Shown here: piece by piece, positions 39,902 through 50,518 of the stretch
Position numbering within the stretch: the stretch's first letter is position 1
How the letters are laid out: each line of letters begins with the position of its first letter
Position numbers and translations under genes: made by a program
NCBI GenBank assembly: GCA_003707115.1
Contig: PPNB01000007.1
Span: forward strand, 248,001-312,000
Direction: 5' to 3'
Source: Tortispora ganteri
Taxonomy: Eukaryota
Length of the DNA: 64,000 nucleotides
Notes under the pieces: generated by a model
Told to the model about the DNA's origin: nothing
The model's database searches: none
The model's input: the letters and a program-made list of their open reading frames with translations, nothing else

Positions 39902-41284
39902 ATGTCGCTTACCACTACTGCTACTGTCGGTCTCGCTACCTTCTCTGGCATTGAGAGCATTTGGCCCATGATTACCTCTATCAACCCAGAAATCGCAACT
40001 CTCACCTCATTTGATGTCGAAATGGCCGCAACTGTGACATCCGTTGACCCAGGAGCCGCATACAGTTTGAGTCTCTATAACCCAAACTGGTTTGCTAAAG
40101 CTGCTTCGGTGAACCCAGCAATAGCTGCTGCTGCTAGCTCATACACCCCAGCCGAAGACCGCTACGGATATATTCCCTCACTTGCACCGAACCTTGTTGG
40201 TCTCATTGCATTTGCGCTCTTGTCAATTGCTCAATTAGCTCTCGCCATCTACTACCGCGAATGGTGGTTCGGCTCCACAATTGGTGTGGGTACACTCCTG
40301 GAGTTTATCGGCTACCTGACTCGTGTTCTGTCTTACGCTGACCCTTTCTCCTTCAGCTACTTCGTTTGTCAGGTATCCACTTTAACTATTGCCCCGACCT
40401 TCATCATGGCTGGTATCTACAACTTGCTCGGTAAACTTGTCGTCATTCACGGCTCAGATTTGGTCTCAAAACTCAAGCCTGCTACCTATACATACATATT
40501 TCTGGCATTCGACATTATCTGTATCTGTATGCAAGGTGGTGGAGGTGGTATTGCCTCACGTGCTGGCAATGACGAGGATATGTACAAAACCGGTAACAAC
40601 ATCATGTTGGCAGGTATTGTGCTTCAAGTAGTTGCAATGTTCATTTTCATGTGCCTTACAGTATTGATGTTTTACAATGCTAACAAGATGAAGAAGGCCG
40701 GCATGTATCCCACAAGGGAAGACCTCGCCGCCGAAGGAACGCTTGACGAATACATTCACGTGTCTTCTAAATTCGACTTGAAGGCGAGAGCCATGCCATA
40801 CGAAAACTCTCATACCTATGAAATGAGCGATTTCCAGCGTGCTATGAATCAGAACAGCCAGTCGGCACAAAATAGAGAACTTGAGCGAGGTCACGCTCAT
40901 AGATATCGAAGAAGGTATCATCCTAATGTATCGCCCGTTCTGTATGGCATTACATATGATAAAAGATGGAAACCTACTGTTATTGCCTTTGCGATTGCAA
41001 TTATACTCATCTTTACTAGATGTATATACCGTGTGGTCGAACTAGGTGAGGGATGGGGTGGATATCTTATGGAAACCGAAATTTACTTTTTGATATTGGA
41101 TGGGTTAATGATTCTTATAGCACTCATTTTGATGACAATTTGTCACCCTGGATTTATATTCCGTGGACTAAAGATTTATGTTACTAAGCCATATAAGTCT
41201 CCTGGTTATGAGAATCGCGGTGCGCATTTAGCATCGCAAGGCGACGAAATACCTTTGACGCGAAACGGCTATTCTAAGTATTAA
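39902..41284 (+). CDS. RTA1/RSB1-family 7-TM lipid-translocating/resistance protein
   Basis: YGYIPSL, LEFIGYLTR, TIAPTFIMAGIY, FDIICICMQGGGGG, RCIYRVVELGEGWGGYL, LDG, HPG. Confidence 0.92.
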   Translation: MSLTTTATVGLATFSGIESIWPMITSINPEIATLTSFDVEMAATVTSVDPGAAYSLSLYNPNWFAKAASVNPAIAAAASSYTPAEDRYGYIPSLAPNLVGLIAFALLSIAQLALAIYYREWWFGSTIGVGTLLEFIGYLTRVLSYADPFSFSYFVCQVSTLTIAPTFIMAGIYNLLGKLVVIHGSDLVSKLKPATYTYIFLAFDIICICMQGGGGGIASRAGNDEDMYKTGNNIMLAGIVLQVVAMFIFMCLTVLMFYNANKMKKAGMYPTREDLAAEGTLDEYIHVSSKFDLKARAMPYENSHTYEMSDFQRAMNQNSQSAQNRELERGHAHRYRRRYHPNVSPVLYGITYDKRWKPTVIAFAIAIILIFTRCIYRVVELGEGWGGYLMETEIYFLILDGLMILIALILMTICHPGFIFRGLKIYVTKPYKSPGYENRGAHLASQGDEIPLTRNGYSKY

Positions 41285-42421
41285 GAGGATCTGATCCTTT
41301 TACTCGGCTTTCTACTGTTAAGTGCTTGCAATGTTCTATTTGACAGCGATATTTATGAATATTACTCACGAATTATCAAAATATATTGGCGCAGAACAAA
41401 GGTAGAAAGCGCAATACTGAAGAATTTGATTAAGTTGAGTACATTCATTTTAACGCTTAACGTTGCTATTTAGTTGATCTTGCTTATTTTTATGTGATAT
41501 TGTTTTATTATTGGTTGCATGTTATGAATAAACGATGTTATACATATTTTTACTAAACATCATATTATTCATATTGATTTTAAAACATTTATTACATTGA
41601 AGGTTGGCGAGATTGTTACACAATTTGACAAGTCCTACTTTACCCGCTGTTTGTCGTTATCATTAGTCAGTTAGTTCATGTAGTCCAATAATTACTCATT
41701 TTAACTATCAATTTTTATTTAATGAAGTTTTTTTAGATTGACTTTTTTAGCGAGAATGATTAATTTGTAATTCTTCTAATTAAATAGAATAACGTTAACA
41801 TGAACCGTTTTGTCTATAATGAGAGATTCCTAAATAGTAAACTAAAGTGCAAGAAAAATTGACCTTATTATGAACCGAAACTTTATTATTGTTTATGGTA
41901 ACTAGGTCTAATTTTAACCGCTCATAATCCTCCATTCGCACACTTATATCGCGACGACCTCTCCTTCATTTTCCTTTTTTGTATGGTGTCAATTCACTTC
42001 TTTTGCCCCTTATTTTGAGTGTATGAAACATTTTGCTATTAAATATATATTTATTCTTATAGTCTGCAATCTGTTTCATCATAGATCACCTCTTTCGCGC
42101 CTCTGTTTGCCTCAACTTACTGAAGCCGTTCGTCTTTTGTCCCCCCCACCCCCAACCCGAACGACTCGCTCGATACGAAGTCGTACTAGTGCGCATTACA
42201 TTTTTATCTAGCAGGAACAGCCAATTAAGTAAACTTGCGTTTGAAATCACGCCAGACATAAAAATATATATATCACCTTGAATTTGCTATCTGGTGCTTT
42301 TGTTACCGGTGCATTCTTAACTTTCGTTCTTCTTATTTATTTTCCGTCGCTCTTCGTGCCGCGTTAGTTCCTGCGCAGAATTCTCCTTGCATTTCTTTTG
42401 CCTCAAACTTATCGAACTCCA

Positions 42422-44650
42422 ATGTCTCCTAAACACACTGACGATAAAAAATTCACTCGGCGCATTGGACGTGCCTGTGAAGGGTGTCGTACTAAGAAAG
42501 TAAGGTGTTCAGGTGAACGACCCCAATGTGTACAGTGTATGGAAGCTGGTATTGTCTGCGTATACACCGAAGACAAACGCGAACGTACCCGTCTCGAACT
42601 TCACACTCTCCGCGGCAAAGTCGCTCGGATTCGCTCGGTCGTAAGCGCTTCACCAGGAAACGCAATCACAAATCAGCTGCTACAGATCCTCGACGAAGCA
42701 GACTCTAAACATACTACTGTTCCTACAGCAAGTGAACAGGCAATTGCTGCACATGGAATTGACTCCTTGGATCCCTTCATGGGATATGTCATATTGCCCA
42801 GCAACCCAGCATTCCTACAGGAGAGACCAAACCCGAACACCATCCGCCCTGAACTCCTCACGCTAGACGATATTATCCCAGACAGTAACTCATATGAAAC
42901 GCACGTCAGTTCGAGTGCATTGGACCTACTTCCAGGCCCAGAACTTTGTTATGAGCTCGTTGATCTCGCCTATGACTACCCTAGATCTTTTGTCGAAGCC
43001 ATTCTGCCTAAAAGCATCCTACTCCAAAAATACCACAAGCTTCTTCAGATAGCAAAAGAAAATCCAAGAAAAGTACAGGACTGGGAAGACGTAGATTGGC
43101 TTACATCTTTCCACGCGGTGCTTGCAACTGGATATGTTATCAAACTAATTAAGCAAAGAACATTCACAGGATTTGAACCTTTACATTTTGCCCATTTTCT
43201 TCGAGCCTTATACTTAGGAGCTCACATTTCTCGACCAAAGGACATAGGCCATGTCACCCGAATAGCATTGTTGAGCTGGTACTTAACAGTGTCATATAGA
43301 TATTACTGGGCTTACTCCATGATTGGCATAGCCATCCGCTGTGCTATCACGCTCGGCTTGCATGTCCCAGAATTAAACGCTAATAAAGACTTATCTGATA
43401 TTGAGCGACTCCATAGGATCCATATCTGGCATACCCTGTGCGGTTTTGAGCTTTATCTATCTGCTGCTACGGGGAGACCCCCCATGATTCAGGATGCTGA
43501 TTATATATTGGATTTCCAAAGGCCCGTTGATATCAGCCCAGATGCAGATATTGTCACAAAATATAAAATCACGGTGAACACTCTTGGCATGTCTATTTCA
43601 ATCATTCTCCAAAAGATATATTTCGTGCCTGCGAGAAAGTTGACTTGGGAATATTTGGAGTCTGTCGTTGATTCCATAAATCGTGAACTCTCTCGCTGGA
43701 AGAGATCTTTACCTGATGAGTTCAAGTTTATTGCTACTAATGATGCTCCTCGTACAGAATCGACTCTAAATAGCCATCGCAATACATTGGCTTGCTACTA
43801 TTATTATGCAGTGTGTATTGCGAATAGACCTCTGATATGTGGCACTCCTTCTAAACCAGTTCTTTCTTCGCGGAAAGCATTCTATGAACGTTCATCATCT
43901 CTTTGCACTATTGCTGCCCATTGTTTGATTACTTATTTGCCTGAACCGGAAGAGTTGCCTTATGTTCTACTTCTTTACCCTTATCACATTTTACCTCATT
44001 GCATAGCACATTGTGTTTCTGCTCTGGCTTATGGCCTTCTGACTAAACTGGATGTGAAAATTAGTGATGAGCTGGATTCAGGATGTGACAGTTCCAATTC
44101 ATCTAATAATATGGGTTGTGAGTTAGAAAGCAGCAGCACGGATAAGAAGAATTATAGCGGGAAGCGCGACTTCACTGAAACTTCACGACATGATATTGAA
44201 AAAGCTCTGGCGATGTTACGTGCTTGTGCGCCAAATGAATTGGCCTTACGTGTTCATGCGTCTCTTTCTAAAATATATTATGAAGTTAACGTTCTGCTGG
44301 ATAAACAAAGTAGCTTTCAGTCGAGTGAAACTGCAAAAGAAGCTGCTACCACTACCACAAAGAAACGAAAACGTTCCAGGGCAAAAAATGTAGCTGCACA
44401 GTTGTCAAATCATCCTTTAGAAGATCAGTCTACTCTTGATCTTCCACAGGAGCTAGAAAAGCAACCTTCTTTCCAGAATGCACGGCCAGAATTTGATAAC
44501 AGTACATTTCCTCTTGCTGATGAGGGTCTTTTAGAATCTCATTTACCGTCATCATTTGTTAACATGCTGGACATAAACCGTTGGTTCGATGAAGTTTTTC
44601 AAAGTGCAGGCGGAGTCCCTCAAACACCACCTGTGTTCTCTGATTACTAA
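42422..44650 (+). CDS. Zn(II)2Cys6 fungal transcription factor with middle homology region
   Basis: RACEGCRTKKVRCSGERPQCVQCMEAGIVCVY; AIRCAITLGLH, TGRPP. Confidence 0.93.
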   Translation: MSPKHTDDKKFTRRIGRACEGCRTKKVRCSGERPQCVQCMEAGIVCVYTEDKRERTRLELHTLRGKVARIRSVVSASPGNAITNQLLQILDEADSKHTTVPTASEQAIAAHGIDSLDPFMGYVILPSNPAFLQERPNPNTIRPELLTLDDIIPDSNSYETHVSSSALDLLPGPELCYELVDLAYDYPRSFVEAILPKSILLQKYHKLLQIAKENPRKVQDWEDVDWLTSFHAVLATGYVIKLIKQRTFTGFEPLHFAHFLRALYLGAHISRPKDIGHVTRIALLSWYLTVSYRYYWAYSMIGIAIRCAITLGLHVPELNANKDLSDIERLHRIHIWHTLCGFELYLSAATGRPPMIQDADYILDFQRPVDISPDADIVTKYKITVNTLGMSISIILQKIYFVPARKLTWEYLESVVDSINRELSRWKRSLPDEFKFIATNDAPRTESTLNSHRNTLACYYYYAVCIANRPLICGTPSKPVLSSRKAFYERSSSLCTIAAHCLITYLPEPEELPYVLLLYPYHILPHCIAHCVSALAYGLLTKLDVKISDELDSGCDSSNSSNNMGCELESSSTDKKNYSGKRDFTETSRHDIEKALAMLRACAPNELALRVHASLSKIYYEVNVLLDKQSSFQSSETAKEAATTTTKKRKRSRAKNVAAQLSNHPLEDQSTLDLPQELEKQPSFQNARPEFDNSTFPLADEGLLESHLPSSFVNMLDINRWFDEVFQSAGGVPQTPPVFSDY

Positions 44651-44853
44651 GCTCTTATTAGGTGTCAGGAAACAATTTTTATCATATAAATCAATGACTG
44701 CTTTTAATATGCCATATATACATATATGTTAATAGAATATGTATCATGTTATATAAGATCACCGCTATGGCCCTGTGAATATTACCATAGACCCATCTGA
44801 TTGGCCTTTACGACTCTTTACAATATAAATGCATATGACAAATATCATAGGCC

Positions 44854-45855
44854 CTATACAGATGGAATACCAAAAGGTTTCAGAGTATCATTGAGCCAGG
44901 AAAGAAGTTTCTCTTGATTCTCGACAGATAGAGCAACTTGGCTAGGTTTAGAGGGCTGACACCAGGGGATTAGATACTTTCCGTTCAGTTCTTTAGCAGT
45001 CTCATCATCGACAGTGGATATATAAAGGGTAGAGAGAGCACCATATTCAGTAGAGTGAAAAATATATTTCAGAAGATTTTGAGAGACCCATTTGTTAATA
45101 TTGTCGAAGAGACCAGTATCGATTACACCTGGATGGATCGACACCACAGCAACTTCTGGGCCAAGTGTCCTAGAATAATAATCAGCTTGCATTGCGTTGC
45201 CCAATTTTGATTGCTCATAAAGTATTTGTGACTGAGCGAGTTCTTTATTAAAATAAAAGTAACTGTGTAATGACCGCGGCAATGCATTCATTGTCTTATC
45301 ACGAACTTCACCACCAACAACAAGATTGTAGTTGATTTCGGTTGCCATCTCGTGAGACATTGACGATAAGAACGCAAGACGGGAAACAGAGTTTGTGGTC
45401 TTTGCAGTTTCTTTCAATTTGTCAAGAAAAAATCGTAGAAATGCTTCATGTCCTATGACATTGACTCCGAAAGTCAAATCAAAGTTATCGGCGGTGAGCT
45501 TATCTAGGGAAGGGCTCATCACACCTGCATTGAGAATCAGTCCGTTCAAATGACCTAGCTTAGACATTAGAGATAATGCTGATTTTTTGATTTCGGCAAT
45601 ATCGCACAAATCTAGGTAATGGAATTCAATTGAACCTTTAATTTCGCCAATTGATTCTATAGCTTTTGTCGCCCGTTCTTCCGATCGCGCCACCATAAAG
45701 ACTTTTGCGCCATGTTTAGCTAGTTGCTTCACTGTCTCTAAACCAATACCTGCATTTCCTCCTGTGACAATATATACCTTTCCAGCTAGATCACCAATGT
45801 CATTTGCAGTCCAGGTAGGTTCCCGTGGGAACACTTTGCGGAACATCGACATCAT
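44854..45855 (-). CDS. Short-chain dehydrogenase/reductase (retinol dehydrogenase/WWOX-like subgroup)
   Basis: VTGGNAGIG, LDL, LNAGVM, FGVNVIGH, LSS, YEQSK catalytic motif, HPGVIDT. Confidence 0.92.
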   Translation of the reverse strand: MMSMFRKVFPREPTWTANDIGDLAGKVYIVTGGNAGIGLETVKQLAKHGAKVFMVARSEERATKAIESIGEIKGSIEFHYLDLCDIAEIKKSALSLMSKLGHLNGLILNAGVMSPSLDKLTADNFDLTFGVNVIGHEAFLRFFLDKLKETAKTTNSVSRLAFLSSMSHEMATEINYNLVVGGEVRDKTMNALPRSLHSYFYFNKELAQSQILYEQSKLGNAMQADYYSRTLGPEVAVVSIHPGVIDTGLFDNINKWVSQNLLKYIFHSTEYGALSTLYISTVDDETAKELNGKYLIPWCQPSKPSQVALSVENQEKLLSWLNDTLKPFGIPSV

Positions 45856-45977
45856 ATTAGACTATATTGATGGGTTTAAGTGGTAGAGTTTAGTAGACCC
45901 ATCAAGATATTACAATAAATTAGAAACATGCAACCAACATTAAGAATGGTTTTTAGTTTCAATTGTATGAAGAAAAA

Positions 45978-48900
45978 CTAAATATTTTTAGTTTTCTTCA
46001 AATGAACAATCATTCTTTGAGTCATATCTTGAACATATGCCGCTAAATGATCCGGACCTTCCATTGTAAACTGCTGCTTGGCCGGTACGCTAGCCTTGCG
46101 TGAGCAGGGATACATTTCACCGCCGGCCAATCTTAATTTCAAACTCATTTTCGTGAATGTGTTCACTAAATCCGAAAATTGACAGTCTGATTTTAGTGTA
46201 TCAAAACGTCCAAATATATACAGTCCATCAGTAGCACTGTAAAATAGTTTTCGAACTAGATTGAGATCGCCAAACCATCCAAGTTCACTTGTACGTGTAG
46301 TTGAAGCTAACACAAACTTGTGTTTAAGTCCATTCGACTTTTGTACCAAACCAACATAGCCTGGGTATTCAAATAGTTCATTGGAAGCACACTTACTGAC
46401 CAGTAGATTCTTTAGCAATGCCAATTGAGACTGGTAACCGCAGAAAATTGCAATTTCAGAGGCAGGGTACCCTAATAATCTCATGTACTGATACGTAGAG
46501 ACAACGTAATCAGCTTCTCTAGGGTTTTGAAAGTCATTATAATCGCATATTACCTCGCTTTTTGCAATATGCGTATCCACATCAATGAACTGACATGTAT
46601 GCAAGAAACCAGCATTAGGTGTACCTTTCCTGTCTGAGATTTCAACGTTATTGCTCAACTTTACTAGTAGTTCTGCCAATTCACCTTGATCTTTAAGCAT
46701 CGGCCTGATATGCAATACGTTATCAGGGTACAACTTGCACGATCTCGTGTAAGTGTTGTATACGCCCACTGGAGCAGTATCGAAAGTTCCTAGTAGAACG
46801 ATTTGTTCAGTTGACCCATTACTGAGAGCAAACAGTAATGCCTGTTCCGATATATCTTGAGCGTTGAACACTATGCAGCCATGGTTCCTGAAATATGACC
46901 TAAATTCATTGGCTTTCTTTATCAGAATAGTCTCAGAAACAACTGTTATTCGTGCAATATGAAAGAATATGTTCGGGTCAATATCTTCTTTCATATATTC
47001 CACAGGTGAAAGGCTTTCAAGATCATCTAAAAGACTGTTCAAGAAATTTATGTAACCATTAGAACAATTTTGACTTAGAAAATCTTGAAGAGAGTTCTCG
47101 AGAGAATCAGCCTCCGGAAGAATATGCCGTTTGAGGAATCTAATTGCTAAATCGCAGCTTTTAGCGTACAAAACATTATGGCCAGTAGCAGTACACAGCT
47201 TATGAACCATAGATAAGACATCAGATATGGTTCGCAAGGCACGCTTAACACTGGCGGACGTAGGTTCATTAGCATTATAGACATAACATGCGTTGCGAAT
47301 GCGCGAATAAAGATTGTCGCATATATTAGCAGTAGTTTCAGCATCTTTGGCAACTATAAGAATTTTGTGAGGCTCTTTCGAGTCAATTCTAGACAGCGCA
47401 ATGTCAACCAGTGTTCTAAGGAGATCGTCAGTAGAATAAGATGTTGCAACCGTTATACCTGGGAAAGATCCACGTGCAACGATCGCTTTGAAAGGCTCAA
47501 AATCAATATCTGCTGTTGTAGAAGACGAAGATAGTGCCACCTTACCATCAGTGACTTTCACTATTGATCCAGTTCCTTCAATAGAATCAACGCCTAAGAA
47601 TTGGAGCTCTGAAGATTGAAAATTGTAAGGAAAATGCAATTCAAAGTCATTTTTAAGCATATTAGACGACCATTCTGCAGTATCGCAGTAGCCTAAAATT
47701 AAGTCACGAACCTGTGAAGTTACAGGTACTGGATAATGCAGATATTGTTTAATAGAGTCTCTTCGAGCTATTAGGTTGGCTAGCAAATCAGTAGCAGGAA
47801 CTATGTACTTGGTAGAAAGCAGGTCTGATGATACTGCAGCTTCTAGATGAATGGCATAGGACGGTTTTAAGGTCGACTTGCGACCCTTCAGAACGTCTTC
47901 ATCATAATGTGCTGTAACACGGGCCAACGTAGGAGGCAGAAATTCATCACCTGAATCACTAAGAGGCCCGTATAAGAGAACATATATACCTTCTGTAAGT
48001 GGTTTAGATATTTTACCCCATAGAAGTGCACGTGGTTGATCATCAGAGCCTAAAGGAGGCGGTGTAGTATCGATTATTGACAGGTCATAAAGTTGTAAGA
48101 GGTTGTCTGGAGCCAATGGGGACAGTCGAATTGATATATAGTCAACTTCTCTATATATTCGATCGTTAAGGTTCATGATTAAGCGACTGAGAGTATCAAA
48201 TATAGATAGATACTGAATTCCTGGAGAGAGTGCAATGAGAGACGGATGGGTTGGTATACCCTCAAGTGATTTGTATAGGAAATCTGTATGCAAAGAAAAG
48301 TGCTGAGAGAATATGTTCATGTAAAAGTATTTTTGCAAGTTCCCAGATAAACTTGTTAAGTCGTAAGTAGATATGTTGGCAGTTTCGAGAAACGATTTAA
48401 GAGTATTTGTATCATATGTCGACAAGATACCGTGAAGTTTGGTTTGGTCATGGAAAGACGAGCACGTAAGCGATGCAAGCGGTTTCGCAGAGTCTTTGTA
48501 TGCTTGAAAGATTTTTGTTTGAAATGCGATAATCCTAGTGTCTATTGAATCAATGTATTCGTCTTGGTTTAGAGACACACCAGTTTCGTCGTCTATAGGG
48601 AAGAACACGTAAAAGTTAAACAGGTTTAGCAGGTCCGAATGAAATCTTAAATATTCCGAGCAATTTAATAGAGCAGGTATATTAAGTGTGATAATGAGTT
48701 TGTTGATAAACTGTCTTGTAGGCAGGGTTGCTAAAGTTGTTATTAAAAGTCGAATAAGAGGAATGAGCAGAACAGTAGTTTTTTTTTGAATAGCAGTATT
48801 TACCAAAGCTATGAGCAGTGTAGGAAACAGTTTTGCTGCTGGAGAATCGATAGTGTTCTTTTTCTGGGCGGAAATCCATGCTTTCTGGAGAGACGGAGAG

Positions 48901-49391
48901 TACAGCATTGGCTGTCTGAGGGTATCGGGGATCGAATACCATGTTGCGATCGAAAAGCAGCGAGAAAGTGATTTCCTAATTTGACTTATATGCAAAGAAT
49001 TAACTAGTTGCAACAAGTAATTAGCGGAGGCTATATGCAGTGAGTTGGGCTCTGGTGGATCAGTTACAGTCAGCGACTGGAACTCTCGCAGCAGTACTTC
49101 GAGAGATTTCGCGATCAGATTTGGATGGTGAGCGAGTTTTAAGACAGAAAACTCCTGGTTAGTTTGCGATCCTATAACAAAAACAAGACATTTTACCAGC
49201 GAGTCCGTAGAGCAAGAATCAGCGGCATTGAGGAGCACGCTAATGGCACCGAGACGGGCAGCTGTTGATGCGGCGTGAGGGAAGTCGGACTGCAGGTGTG
49301 CAAGCAGTTCTGCAAGATGAACATCAGTACATTCCTTCTGCAAAGCCGTTAGGAGAGATCCTGTAGGAGAATTAAGTGCAGGCTCGGCCAT
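45978..49391 (-). CDS. Intron-binding spliceosomal helicase Aquarius/Cwf11 homologue, ATPase motifs degenerate
   Basis: LVNSL...IRK, SIATW, LATLPTRQF, FPIDDETG, QYLSIFD, NAGFLHTCQFIDV, FQNPREADYVVSTYQYMRLLGYPASEIAI, GLYIFGR, HLAAYVQDM are Aquarius-type segments. Confidence 0.85.
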   Translation of the reverse strand: MAEPALNSPTGSLLTALQKECTDVHLAELLAHLQSDFPHAASTAARLGAISVLLNAADSCSTDSLVKCLVFVIGSQTNQEFSVLKLAHHPNLIAKSLEVLLREFQSLTVTDPPEPNSLHIASANYLLQLVNSLHISQIRKSLSRCFSIATWYSIPDTLRQPMLYSPSLQKAWISAQKKNTIDSPAAKLFPTLLIALVNTAIQKKTTVLLIPLIRLLITTLATLPTRQFINKLIITLNIPALLNCSEYLRFHSDLLNLFNFYVFFPIDDETGVSLNQDEYIDSIDTRIIAFQTKIFQAYKDSAKPLASLTCSSFHDQTKLHGILSTYDTNTLKSFLETANISTYDLTSLSGNLQKYFYMNIFSQHFSLHTDFLYKSLEGIPTHPSLIALSPGIQYLSIFDTLSRLIMNLNDRIYREVDYISIRLSPLAPDNLLQLYDLSIIDTTPPPLGSDDQPRALLWGKISKPLTEGIYVLLYGPLSDSGDEFLPPTLARVTAHYDEDVLKGRKSTLKPSYAIHLEAAVSSDLLSTKYIVPATDLLANLIARRDSIKQYLHYPVPVTSQVRDLILGYCDTAEWSSNMLKNDFELHFPYNFQSSELQFLGVDSIEGTGSIVKVTDGKVALSSSSTTADIDFEPFKAIVARGSFPGITVATSYSTDDLLRTLVDIALSRIDSKEPHKILIVAKDAETTANICDNLYSRIRNACYVYNANEPTSASVKRALRTISDVLSMVHKLCTATGHNVLYAKSCDLAIRFLKRHILPEADSLENSLQDFLSQNCSNGYINFLNSLLDDLESLSPVEYMKEDIDPNIFFHIARITVVSETILIKKANEFRSYFRNHGCIVFNAQDISEQALLFALSNGSTEQIVLLGTFDTAPVGVYNTYTRSCKLYPDNVLHIRPMLKDQGELAELLVKLSNNVEISDRKGTPNAGFLHTCQFIDVDTHIAKSEVICDYNDFQNPREADYVVSTYQYMRLLGYPASEIAIFCGYQSQLALLKNLLVSKCASNELFEYPGYVGLVQKSNGLKHKFVLASTTRTSELGWFGDLNLVRKLFYSATDGLYIFGRFDTLKSDCQFSDLVNTFTKMSLKLRLAGGEMYPCSRKASVPAKQQFTMEGPDHLAAYVQDMTQRMIVHLKKTKNI

Positions 49392-49593
49392 GTGCCAGCA
49401 AAAAGAGGAATAACAAAAAAAAAAGATCGATCTGGTCTGACGTTGATGGTGAAGTCAGTTACAAACTAGAAAACCAACAATGGGATAGGGTTTTACCTTA
49501 AAATGGTAGCACCCAGTAGCAGCTACACCTACCAGCGACAGAGAAAAAATTCTCTTCTGACTAGAGAGACTCGTTAGGCCGATTTGAACAGAA

Positions 49594-50175
49594 ATGAGTT
49601 TCCGAAACAACCGTGGAGGACGTGGAGGATCGAGGTTTGGAGCACCACAAGGCCCACCAGATGAGGTGTTAGAAATGGGGTCGTTTGTGCACAGTGTTGA
49701 AGGTGACATTATGTGTAAGAGCTCGAACCCCAAGGTGCCCTACTTTAATGCTCCGATTTACTTAGAGAATAAGACTATGATAGGTAAAGTAGACGAGATT
49801 CTTGGACGCATACACGAGGTTTATTTTACCGTCAAGCCGTCAGAAGGTATTGTTGCAGGTTCTTTCAAGGCAGGCGACAAGTTCTATATTGGGTCAGACA
49901 GACTGCTCCCTCTTGAGCGATTCCTGCCACAGCCCAAGACTCCAAAAGTTAAGGGCAAAAAGACCGGTGGCGGTGGCAGCGGGTTTGGAGGACGTGGTGG
50001 TCGCGGTGGTGGTCGTGGCGGATTTGGAGGACGTGGTGGTCGCGGTGGTAGTCGTGGCGGATTTGGAGGCCGTGGAGGCGGCCGTGGAGGTTCATTTGGA
50101 CGCGGAGGAGGCGGTGGTCGTGGTGGCGGTCGTGGCGGTTCGTTTGGACGAGGTGGAGGACGCGGCAGGTTTTAG
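49594..50175 (+). CDS. GAR1: H/ACA snoRNP protein Gar1
   Basis: [39 protein letters not shown] flanked by RGG repeats. Confidence 0.97.
   Translation: MSFRNNRGGRGGSRFGAPQGPPDEVLEMGSFVHSVEGDIMCKSSNPKVPYFNAPIYLENKTMIGKVDEILGRIHEVYFTVKPSEGIVAGSFKAGDKFYIGSDRLLPLERFLPQPKTPKVKGKKTGGGGSGFGGRGGRGGGRGGFGGRGGRGGSRGGFGGRGGGRGGSFGRGGGGGRGGGRGGSFGRGGGRGRF
49981..50058 (+). repeat. 39-nt near-perfect tandem duplication in the GAR1 RGG tail
   Basis: GG(G/A)TTTGGAGGACGTGGTGGTCGCGGTGGT(G/A)GTCGTGGC twice. Confidence 0.8.
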
Positions 50176-50518
50176 AAAGCGTGCGTATTATGCTTGATGT
50201 GATTGACAGATCAATTGCTAGACAGATTGTTGCATCGAGCTATCGATACCACCGAATTACCTGAGTTTATGAACGATTATGTATTATACAGTATAATCCT
50301 AATCTGTTTCGGATTCCGGCCGAGATTTATGACTGAAAATAGCTGATATACGATAAAAATACGATAAAATCTATTACTTTGAATATGTATAACTATAAGA
50401 TCGTATGGCGTAAGAGAGTCGTTGAATATAATGGTGAGTTGTAAAACCGATTAACTCAGTAGTAAATCAGGGGCAGCTGCAACTGGCTAGATTTGTCCAG
50501 TTCGTCGGTCATATCTGT

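Noticed and set aside
41290..42020. Very AT-rich stretch as a possible centromere or replication origin
   Set aside because: No CDEI/CDEIII-like elements, repeats or gene desert; explained adequately as terminator plus promoter, and origin activity cannot be judged from sequence alone
50190..50266. Possible C/D snoRNA downstream of GAR1 (CTGA preceded by GAATTAC)
   Set aside because: Box C is non-canonical and complementarity to 18S rRNA is only about 7 nt; more likely GAR1 3' UTR
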